The notes under the pieces: model-generated
The model's input: only the letters and a program-made list of their open reading frames with translations
Told to the model about the DNA's origin: nothing
Databases searched by the model: none
Assembly (NCBI GenBank): GCA_963706025.1
Contig: CAVPLM010000005.1
Span: 224,001-288,000 of the forward strand
Length of the DNA stretch: 64,000 nt
Origin: an uncultured Actinomycetes bacterium
Lineage (GTDB): Bacteria > Actinomycetota > Thermoleophilia > RBG-16-64-13
Direction: 5' to 3'
Position numbers and translations under genes: made by a program
Shown: piece by piece, positions 37,018-45,196 of the stretch
Numbering within the stretch: position 1 is the stretch's first letter
Layout: each line of letters starts with the position of its first letter

Positions 37018-38646
37018 ATGTCATCGCTGAAGTCCCGGAAGGCTAAATCTCGGATGGCACGCGGAACAGTCTCAGCGACCTCTGTGAGTCTGGCCATCGT
37101 GACGGTGGCACTTCTGGCCATCTGGATGCTTGCATCACCGGCGGCCGCTCATGCGGCCCCGGAATACAGAAGCTTGAGCGGTGCCGACCGATACGAGACG
37201 GCCATCATGGTCTCTCAAGCGGGTTTCGGTGCGGGAGTGGGTGCGGTGGTGCTCGCGACCGGGGAGAACTATCCCGATGCTCTCAGCGCGGCCCCTCTCG
37301 CGGCCGCCTACGGGGGGCCGGTGCTGCTGACTCACTCGAACGAATTCGACGAGGAGACACGGGCTGAAGTGGCCCGGCTGCAGCCGGCCAAGATCTTCGT
37401 GGTGGGGCTCGAGGCGGTCGTGGTCGATCAAGTCACGGCCGCCTTCCCGGATCTGGCCGCGGCGCCGGAGGGTATCGTAGTCCTCACCGGGCTCGACCGC
37501 TATGACACGGCTCGCTTGGTGGCCGAACAGGTGGAAGCTCGGCTGGGGACAGTGTCGGGCGTGGTCTTCGCCCGCGGAGACTCGTTCGCGGACGCCCTTT
37601 CGGTGGCGCCGCTGGCGGCCGTGAAAGGATGGCCCATTCTCCTCATCGCCGAAAACGGCCCGCTTCCCGACGCGACCATGCAGGGGCTGGTCTCTTTGGA
37701 GGTCTTGGAAGGACTCGTGGTAGGCACGTATGTCGATCCGGGCATCCCCGGGTTCACGCTCACCCGGATCGTAGGCAGCGATCGCTACGACACTTCCGCC
37801 AAGATCGCCGAGTACTCCTTGACGCAGGGCCTGAGCTATGCCCATGTGGCGATGGTGACCGGGGACAACTTCCCCGACGCGTTGGCCGCGGGGCCCTTCG
37901 TGGCGCTGGATGCGGGGATTGTCCTCCTGACCCAGTCGAAGAGCGTGCCCGCGCCGGTCTCGTCTCTGCTCTTGTCCCGGGCGGAAGAAGTGGGGCGGGT
38001 CGACTTCATCGGCTTGGTCCCGGCGGTCGCGAGCCAGGTCAAGCTGATCCTCTCGGTCACCGGCCTGCCCGACGGTCTCACGTTCTCCACGCTGAGCCAG
38101 GGCTCCTCGGGAGCGGATGTCCTGTGGTTGGAGCAGAGACTCACCGACCTGACCTACCGGCCCGGCTCCGTCGACGGGGTCTTTGACAAACGCACCTACC
38201 AGGCGGTGCTCGCCTTCGAGAAATGGGAGGGTCTGGCCCGGGATGGGGTGGTGGGAGCAAAGGTCTGGCCGCGGCTTCTGAGCGCCGTCTCGCCTTCGCC
38301 GAGCAGGAGCGGGTCCGGCACCTGGCTGGAGGTCAATAAGGCGAAGCAGGTGCTTCTCTACGTTCAGGACGGCATAGTCGTGAGGACGCTTCCCGTCTCG
38401 ACGGGCAATCCCAGCGTGGGCATAACCACCCCCAGTGGCACCTTCAGTATCACACGGAAGTCGCCGAGGTGGGACGGCCCTCGCTACAAGCCCCTGTACA
38501 TCCGTAGCTACGGCGTCCTGGCCATCCACGGCTACCCCTCGGTGCCACCCTGGTCGGCCAGCCACGGCTGCATAAGGGTGCCTTTGTGGGACATGGACGA
38601 GTTCTTCCCCTTGATCGCCGTGGGGACGAAAGTGCACGTGTACTAG
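37018..38646 (+). CDS. Secreted protein: three cell-wall-binding repeat 2 domains, peptidoglycan-binding domain and YkuD L,D-transpeptidase
   Basis: Signal peptide ending AHA; three GxDRY[ED]T...D(A/S)LxAxP repeats; DGVFD/DGVVG PG-binding helices; IHG...SHGCIRV catalytic motif; SD AAGGAGG. Confidence 0.85.
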   Translation: MSSLKSRKAKSRMARGTVSATSVSLAIVTVALLAIWMLASPAAAHAAPEYRSLSGADRYETAIMVSQAGFGAGVGAVVLATGENYPDALSAAPLAAAYGGPVLLTHSNEFDEETRAEVARLQPAKIFVVGLEAVVVDQVTAAFPDLAAAPEGIVVLTGLDRYDTARLVAEQVEARLGTVSGVVFARGDSFADALSVAPLAAVKGWPILLIAENGPLPDATMQGLVSLEVLEGLVVGTYVDPGIPGFTLTRIVGSDRYDTSAKIAEYSLTQGLSYAHVAMVTGDNFPDALAAGPFVALDAGIVLLTQSKSVPAPVSSLLLSRAEEVGRVDFIGLVPAVASQVKLILSVTGLPDGLTFSTLSQGSSGADVLWLEQRLTDLTYRPGSVDGVFDKRTYQAVLAFEKWEGLARDGVVGAKVWPRLLSAVSPSPSRSGSGTWLEVNKAKQVLLYVQDGIVVRTLPVSTGNPSVGITTPSGTFSITRKSPRWDGPRYKPLYIRSYGVLAIHGYPSVPPWSASHGCIRVPLWDMDEFFPLIAVGTKVHVY

Positions 38647-38688
38647 CCTGGGTGCGGCTGCCCGCAACAGGCCTCAGGTTTCCCCCTG

Positions 38689-38823
38689 TGGTAACCTACA
38701 TCACCGCTCCGGGCGCGTTCCGCCCGGGGGCGGGGTGCACCCGTGTGCGCCGGCATTGAAACCTGCATCTCGGCTTGGACCGCAGCGTCCCCGCTGGGAG
38801 CAAGGAGCCCAAGGAGGCCATGC
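38689..38823 (+). promoter_or_regulatory. Extended -10 promoter and structured leader of rpsO
   Basis: TGgTAACCT at 38689-38697; hairpin CCGGGCG..CGCCCGG; TTGG..CCAA pairing next to the SD. Confidence 0.4.
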
Positions 38824-39090
38824 ATGCTGAGCAAAGACCGCAAGACCGAGATCATCGACCGGTTCAAGAAGCACGACGTGGACACGGGGTCCCCGGAGGT
38901 GCAGATAGGCATCCTCACCGAGCGGATCAACGTGCTCACCGAGCATCTCAAGACCCATTCCAAGGATCACCATTCCCGCCGCGGCCTGCTCAAGATGGTT
39001 GGCCATCGGCGGCGCCTTCTCACCTACCTGCAGAAGCAGGATGTGGAGCGTTATCGGACGGTGGTCAAGGATCTGGGCCTACGTAGGTAG
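38824..39090 (+). CDS. rpsO: 30S ribosomal protein S15
   Basis: [33 protein letters not shown]. Confidence 0.98.
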   Translation: MLSKDRKTEIIDRFKKHDVDTGSPEVQIGILTERINVLTEHLKTHSKDHHSRRGLLKMVGHRRRLLTYLQKQDVERYRTVVKDLGLRR

Positions 39091-39183
39091 TTCAGCGGCG
39101 GTCGGCCGGGAGAAGTGGCGGAGAAGTAGGCAACGGACGGAAGCGGAGGACCCAGGATAGGTCCTCGGACGGGAGAGAAAACA

Positions 39184-41310
39184 GTGGTCAGTGGAGTGAG
39201 TAGGACAGAAGTAGGGCTGGGCGACAAGAAGATCAGCTTCGAGACGGGCAGGTTGGCGAAGCAGGCGAGTGGGGCCGTCGTGGTGCGCTCGGGCGACACC
39301 ATGGTGTTGGTCACGGCGGTCGTGGCGGCCAGCGAGCGGAACGTGGATTTCTTCCCCTTGACGGTTGACGTGGAAGCGGGGATGTACGCTGCCGGGAAGA
39401 TCCCCGGGGGGTTCATCAAGAAGGAAGGCCGCCCCAGCGATCAGGCCATCCTGAACGCGCGGCTCATCGACAGACCTATCAGGCCCCTTTGGCCCAAGGG
39501 CTTCAACAAAGAGACGCATATCGTGGCCACCGTCCTCTCGGTCGACAAGACGAATCCCTACGACGTCCTGGCGCTTGCGGGTGCCTCGGCGGCGCTGAGC
39601 CTTTCGGAAGCGCCGTTCTTGGGCCCGGTGGGCGCGGTGCGGGTCGCCAAGGTCGACGGTTCCTGGGTGGTCAACCCGACGTACGAGGAGATCGACCAGA
39701 GCCCGGTGAACCTGGTGGTGGCCGGGACGAGCGAGGCCATCAGCATGGTCGAAGCGGGCTGCGACGAAGTCGACGAGGCCGACATCATCGCCGGACTCGA
39801 GGTTGCCCACGAGGCCATCAAGAAAGAGGTGGAGGTTATCCGCTCTTGGGCCGCCGAAGTGGGCGCGCCGAAGATGGAGTTCGCCGAGAAGCTGCCGGAC
39901 CGCCTCCTCATGGACAAGATCAAGGCCCGTTTCGCCGGCGAGATCGACCAAGCCAGCAACGTGCTGGACAAGCACGAGCGCGCCAACGCGGTGGCGACGG
40001 TCAAGCGGGAGGTACTGGAAGCCTTCGCGCCCGGCGAGGACTCCGAGGACCCCGGAAACGAGACGGCTCAGCTTGCCAAGGCCTTCGATGCCGTGGAGAA
40101 AGAGACCGTTCGCAGGGTCATCGCCGTCGACAAGAAGCGCCCCGACGGCCGCGGCGTGGACGAGATCCGAGAGATCTCCTGCGACATCCGAGTGGCTCCG
40201 CGCACCCACGGCTCTGGTCTGTTCACCAGGGGTCAAACGCAGGTGCTCACGTTGCTCACCTTGGGGGCGGCCCGGGACGAGCAACGTGTCGACGGCCTCG
40301 ACGTCGAGGAGTCCAAACGCTTCATGCACCACTACAAGTTCCCGCCCTTCAGCGTGGGCGAGACCGGCTTCATGCGCGGTCCCGGCCGGCGTGAGATCGG
40401 CCACGGGGCTTTGGCGGAGCGGGCGCTCTTCCCGCTGATCCCCGATGAGGAAGCCTTCCCTTATACCATTCGCCTGGTCTCCGAGACCTTGGAGTCCAAT
40501 GGTTCCAGCTCCATGGCCAGTGTGTGCGCTTCCACCCTGGCGCTGATGGATGCCGGTGTGCCGATCGCCCGACCGGTGGCCGGTATCGCCATGGGTCTCA
40601 TCAAAGAGAAGGAAGACTACGTCGTGCTCACCGACATCGCCGGGGTGGAGGATCACCTGGGCGACATGGATTTCAAGGTGGCCGGTACCGTCAAGGGCAT
40701 CACCGCTCTGCAGATGGACATCAAGATCACAGGGGTGACGTTCGCCATCATGCGGGACGCGTTGGAGCGCGCCCGCAAGGCCCGGCTGTTCATCCTTGAC
40801 AAGATCACCGAGACCATCAGCTCCCCGCGCGCCGAACTGTCCGACTTCGCTCCCCGCATAGCCACCATCCGCATCGATCCCGAGAAGATCGGAGCGGTCA
40901 TCGGCAAGGGCGGAGAGACCATCCGCGGCATGGAGGCGGAGTTCGAGTGCACCATCGACGTGGCTGAGGACGGCTTGGTCAAAGTCTTCGCCACCGACGG
41001 CAAGCTCGGGGACGCCTGCATCGAGCGCATCGGCCTGCTGACGCGCGAGACCCAGGCGGGAGACATCGTCGAGGGCCGGGTGGCTTCGACCACCTCGTTC
41101 GGCGCCTTCGTGACTCTCAAGCCGGGCACCGACGGACTCGTCCACATCTCCCGCCTCGCCGATCACCGGGTGGGGACCGTGGAAGAGGTGGTCAACCGCG
41201 GCGATCTGGTGCGGGTGGAAGTCCTGGAAGTGCAGATGCAGGGCGGCAAGGAAAAGATCAGCCTGCGCCTGCTCGAGAACCTGTCCAAGAAGGAAGGCAG
41301 TGTCGACTGA
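39184..41310 (+). CDS. pnp: Polyribonucleotide nucleotidyltransferase
   Basis: ETGRLAKQA, RREIGHG, SNGSSSMAS, GDMDFKVAG, KH and S1 domains. Confidence 0.98.
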   Translation: MVSGVSRTEVGLGDKKISFETGRLAKQASGAVVVRSGDTMVLVTAVVAASERNVDFFPLTVDVEAGMYAAGKIPGGFIKKEGRPSDQAILNARLIDRPIRPLWPKGFNKETHIVATVLSVDKTNPYDVLALAGASAALSLSEAPFLGPVGAVRVAKVDGSWVVNPTYEEIDQSPVNLVVAGTSEAISMVEAGCDEVDEADIIAGLEVAHEAIKKEVEVIRSWAAEVGAPKMEFAEKLPDRLLMDKIKARFAGEIDQASNVLDKHERANAVATVKREVLEAFAPGEDSEDPGNETAQLAKAFDAVEKETVRRVIAVDKKRPDGRGVDEIREISCDIRVAPRTHGSGLFTRGQTQVLTLLTLGAARDEQRVDGLDVEESKRFMHHYKFPPFSVGETGFMRGPGRREIGHGALAERALFPLIPDEEAFPYTIRLVSETLESNGSSSMASVCASTLALMDAGVPIARPVAGIAMGLIKEKEDYVVLTDIAGVEDHLGDMDFKVAGTVKGITALQMDIKITGVTFAIMRDALERARKARLFILDKITETISSPRAELSDFAPRIATIRIDPEKIGAVIGKGGETIRGMEAEFECTIDVAEDGLVKVFATDGKLGDACIERIGLLTRETQAGDIVEGRVASTTSFGAFVTLKPGTDGLVHISRLADHRVGTVEEVVNRGDLVRVEVLEVQMQGGKEKISLRLLENLSKKEGSVD

Positions 41311-42589
41311 CGAGTATCGTCTGGAGCAACTCCCCAACGGCCAGCGGCTGATAACCGAGAAGCTCGACCACCTGAGGTCGGTGTGTCTGGGCTTCTGGAT
41401 CCCGGCCGGGTCGCGGGATGAGCCCGCGCCGCTCGTAGGGGCCACCCATTTCATAGAGCATCTCCTCTTCAAGGGTTCGTCGAAGTTCACGGCGGAAGAG
41501 ATCGCCCAGATCTTCGATACCCTCGGGGGGGAGCTGAACGCCAGCACTTCTCGGGAATACGTGGTCGTTTACGGGCGCTTTCTCGACGATCAGCTTCCCG
41601 TGGCGTTGGATGTCATGACCGACATGCTCCTCACCCCGACCTTCACCGATCTCGATCGGGAAAGGGAGGTGGTACTGGAGGAGATCGCCATGGTGGAGGA
41701 CTCGCCCCAGGATCTCATCCACGACGTCCTCGCCGAGGTGGTGCTCGACGGGCATCCGTTGGCCCACCCCATCCTCGGCACCCGAGAGAGCATCGCCGGC
41801 GCCTCCGAGGAAGATATCCGCGGCTATCATCGAGATCTCTTCCAGTTCAGCGACATGGTCGTGGCGGCCGCCGGCAACATCGAACACGACAGTCTGAGGG
41901 CCCTGCTGGTGGAACGTCAGGCCGAATCCAAGGGCAACAACCCCCAGCGCGAACCTGCGCTCCCACGGATGATCCCGCGCCGTCATTTCTTGAGCAAGGA
42001 GACGGAGCAGATGCACGTCTGCCTGGGGGGCATCGGGCTGGCGCGGGACGACGAGCGCCGATTCGTCCTCTCGGTGCTCGACAGTCTGTTCGGGGGGTCG
42101 CTCAGCTCCCGGCTGTTCCAGGAAGTGCGGGAGAAGCGCGGTCTGGTATACAGCGTCTACTCGTTCTCGACCATGTATAAAGAGACGGGGCTCAGCGGTC
42201 TCTATTTCGGCTGCCGGCCCGAGCGCCTCGAGGCCGTCATGGAGACCGTGGGCCGCGAACTCACTCGTCTGGTCACGGAGCCTGTCCCCGCGGATGAACT
42301 GCAGCGGGCCAAGGAGCATCTCAAGGGCCGCATGATCCTGGGCCTGGAGAGCACTTCGAGCCGCATGACCAGACTGGGCAAAGGAGTGGTCACCGAGACC
42401 GAGATCCTCTCGCTCGACGAACTGGCCCAGCACATCGAAGATGTCACCAGCGACCAGGTCCTGGAGTTGGCGGCCGAGGTGTACCGGCCGGCGGCGCTTT
42501 CAGTGGTGGGCATCGGAGCCGACGAGAGCCAGTTCGCAAGCGCAGTGCCCGAGGATTGCCTGGCCGGCCTGGTCCAGGGGGAGAAGTGA
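41300..42589 (+). CDS. M16 family zinc peptidase
   Basis: GSRDE, HFIEH (HxxEH), SSRLFQEVREKRGLVY; typical position after pnp. Confidence 0.93.
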   Translation: MSTDEYRLEQLPNGQRLITEKLDHLRSVCLGFWIPAGSRDEPAPLVGATHFIEHLLFKGSSKFTAEEIAQIFDTLGGELNASTSREYVVVYGRFLDDQLPVALDVMTDMLLTPTFTDLDREREVVLEEIAMVEDSPQDLIHDVLAEVVLDGHPLAHPILGTRESIAGASEEDIRGYHRDLFQFSDMVVAAAGNIEHDSLRALLVERQAESKGNNPQREPALPRMIPRRHFLSKETEQMHVCLGGIGLARDDERRFVLSVLDSLFGGSLSSRLFQEVREKRGLVYSVYSFSTMYKETGLSGLYFGCRPERLEAVMETVGRELTRLVTEPVPADELQRAKEHLKGRMILGLESTSSRMTRLGKGVVTETEILSLDELAQHIEDVTSDQVLELAAEVYRPAALSVVGIGADESQFASAVPEDCLAGLVQGEK

Positions 42590-43410
42590 TGAACGACGTC
42601 GCGAAGGCAGGCGCCGGTGAGGCGGGCGCCGCAGCCGGCGAAGACCGTGCTGCGCAGGTCCGCGCAGGCCGCATCCGGGTAGCCGTAGCCGGCGCTCTGG
42701 GGCGCATGGGGCGCACGACCTGCGAGGCTGTTGCCGGAGACGAGGCGTTGGCCTTGGCGGGGGCGGTGGATCCCGGTTTTGCCGCTGCCGCGACGTCGTC
42801 CGAGACGTCATGCCCGGCAGCCGAAGGATGCTTCGAGACCCTTGAGAGCGCCCTGGAGGCCGGGGGCATCGACGTCGTCGTCGACTTCACCACTCCCGGT
42901 GTCGTGCGGGAGAACATCATGACCTGTCTGCGCCACGGCGTACCGGTGGTGGTGGGTACCACCGGGCTCACCGCTGCCGATCTCTCCGAGATCGAGCAGG
43001 AGGCGTCCGCTCGAGGCGTGGCCGTGCTGGCAGCTCCGAACTTCGCCATGGGGGCGGTGCTGATGATGCAGTTCGCCCGGCAGGCGGCCGCGCACTTCCG
43101 CGCCTGCGAGATCATCGAGCTGCACCACGACCGCAAGCTCGACGCGCCCTCGGGGACATCCAGACTCACCCGCCTCGAGGTCGACGAGACCTGGCGCGAA
43201 GCCGGCGTGGAGAAAGAGATCCCCATCCACAGCGTGCGCCTCCCGGGATTGGTCGCGCACCAAGAGGTCATCTTCGGCGGCCTGGGGGAGACCCTGACCA
43301 TCCGCCACGATTCGCTCTCTCGAGAATCGTTCATGCCCGGGGTGCTGTCGGCGGTCAAGCGCATTCGCGGACTGCAAGGACTCATCGTCGGTCTGGAGAA
43401 CATCTTATAG
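42589..43410 (+). CDS. dapB: 4-hydroxy-tetrahydrodipicolinate reductase
   Basis: GALGRMG, VDFT, VGTTG, ELHHDRKLDAPSGT. Confidence 0.95.
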   Translation: MNDVAKAGAGEAGAAAGEDRAAQVRAGRIRVAVAGALGRMGRTTCEAVAGDEALALAGAVDPGFAAAATSSETSCPAAEGCFETLESALEAGGIDVVVDFTTPGVVRENIMTCLRHGVPVVVGTTGLTAADLSEIEQEASARGVAVLAAPNFAMGAVLMMQFARQAAAHFRACEIIELHHDRKLDAPSGTSRLTRLEVDETWREAGVEKEIPIHSVRLPGLVAHQEVIFGGLGETLTIRHDSLSRESFMPGVLSAVKRIRGLQGLIVGLENIL

Positions 43411-43459
43411 AGGCTCTTCAGGCGTCCCATCCCGCTGGGCAAGAGGGCGCGAGGGCTCT

Positions 43460-45160
43460 GTGTATGTCCCGGACACGCGGAGGTTGGAACCCCCACTGGT
43501 GACGGATCAAGCGCTTAAAGTCATACCTCTGGGCGGGCTGGGGGCCATCGGTAAGAACATGATGGTGTTGGAGTTCGGCGACGCCCTCCTGGTCATCGAC
43601 AGCGGTCTTATGTTCCCCGATGACGACATGCTGGGGATCGACCTGGTGCTGCCCGACTTCACCTACGTGGTGGAGAACCGGGAACGGGTCCTGGGCATAA
43701 TCCTGACCCACGGTCACGAGGACCACGTGGGCGCCCTGCCTTACCTGCTCAAGGAGGTGGATGCGCCTGTCTTCGGCACCCGGCTGACCCTTGGTCTGGT
43801 GAACGCCAAACTGGGCGAGCACGGCCTGCAGCAGAAGGTCTCGCTGAACGAGATCTCTCCGGGCAAGGATCTCACTCTGGGTCCCTTCACGATCGAGTTC
43901 CTAGAGGTCTGTCACAGCATCCCAGATGGGGTGGGGTTGGGCATCCACACGCCGGTGGGCACGGTCGTCCACACAGGGGACTTCAAGCTCGATCAGACTC
44001 CCATCGATTGCCGCGTGACCGCCATGCAGCGTTTCGCGGAACTGGGGCGCAATGGCGTTCTTCTGCTCCTGTCCGACAGCACCAACGCCGATGTTCCCGG
44101 TTTCGTGTCTCCCGAGCGAAGCGTCGGGGAGAGCCTCGACGGCATCTTCGCCCTGGCTCCGGGCAGGATCATCGTGGCTTCGTTCGCGAGCCACATCCAT
44201 CGCATCCAGCAGGTGATGGACACAGCCGCCCGGCATGGCCGCTCCGTGGCCGTCGTGGGGCGCAGCATGGTCAAGAACGTGAACATCGCCCAGAACCTCG
44301 GATACCTCTCGGTACCGGAGGGGTTGACAATACGGCCGCACGACATAGCCCTGCTGCCACCGGATCGGGTGACGATCCTCAGCACCGGCAGCCAGGGGGA
44401 GCCCCTCTCGGCCCTGGCTCGGATGGCGTCCCACGATCATCCTCTGATAGAGATCACGAAAGGCGACACCGTGGTGATCTCCGCTCGCCCCGTGCCCGGC
44501 AATGAGACCAGCGTCTATCGCACCATCGATCGCCTGTTCGCCGCCGGGGCACGGGTGATCTACGAATCGACCGCCGGGGTCCACGTGTCCGGCCACGCCG
44601 CTGCTGAAGAGCTCAAGGTGATGCTGAACCTGGTCAGGCCGAAGTACTTCATGCCCATACACGGCGAGCATCGCCACCTCTATTTTCACGCGGAGCTGGC
44701 GCGGGCCATCGGCATGGACGACGAGCATATCTTTCTTTTGGAGAACGGCGACGTGCTCGAACTCCGGCCCGATCATGCCGAGGTCACCGGGCAGGTGCAG
44801 GCAGGCATGATACTGGTCGACGGCTTTGCCATGGGCGACTTCCGGGACCTGGTACTTCGGGACCGCCAGCACCTGGCCACCGACGGTCTGGTGATGGTGG
44901 TCGTGGCTCGCAGCATGCAGGACGGCAAGATAGTGGGAGAGCCCGAGGTGGTGTTCCGGGGTTTCGCCCACGCGGGAGATCTGGACGAACTGACGGAAGA
45001 AGCCAAGAAAAGGGTGGTCGCTTCGCTGAGCGGGGGCGAGATCCAGCAGATGACGGACACGAGCCTGCTGAAGATCCGGGTGCACGACGTTCTGCAGAAG
45101 TACCTGCATAAGGAGGTAGGCAGGCGTCCCATGGTGCTGCCGGTGATCGTCGAGGTCTGA
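43460..45160 (+). CDS. rnj: Ribonuclease J (start could be 43499)
   Basis: IPLGGL..IGKN, THGHEDH, HTGDFK, GSQGEP, HVSGH, PIHGE. Confidence 0.96.
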   Translation: MYVPDTRRLEPPLVTDQALKVIPLGGLGAIGKNMMVLEFGDALLVIDSGLMFPDDDMLGIDLVLPDFTYVVENRERVLGIILTHGHEDHVGALPYLLKEVDAPVFGTRLTLGLVNAKLGEHGLQQKVSLNEISPGKDLTLGPFTIEFLEVCHSIPDGVGLGIHTPVGTVVHTGDFKLDQTPIDCRVTAMQRFAELGRNGVLLLLSDSTNADVPGFVSPERSVGESLDGIFALAPGRIIVASFASHIHRIQQVMDTAARHGRSVAVVGRSMVKNVNIAQNLGYLSVPEGLTIRPHDIALLPPDRVTILSTGSQGEPLSALARMASHDHPLIEITKGDTVVISARPVPGNETSVYRTIDRLFAAGARVIYESTAGVHVSGHAAAEELKVMLNLVRPKYFMPIHGEHRHLYFHAELARAIGMDDEHIFLLENGDVLELRPDHAEVTGQVQAGMILVDGFAMGDFRDLVLRDRQHLATDGLVMVVVARSMQDGKIVGEPEVVFRGFAHAGDLDELTEEAKKRVVASLSGGEIQQMTDTSLLKIRVHDVLQKYLHKEVGRRPMVLPVIVEV

Positions 45161-45196
45161 CGCTGCGGGGAGCGGGCGAGAGAGGGATATCGCAAG

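Noticed and set aside
39079-41547. Long antisense ORFs (822 aa opposite pnp; also 4264-5706, 23554-25155, 37135-38667, 49829-51319)
   Set aside because: Shadow ORFs expected from high-GC codon bias; no recognisable motifs, and they overlap conserved genes
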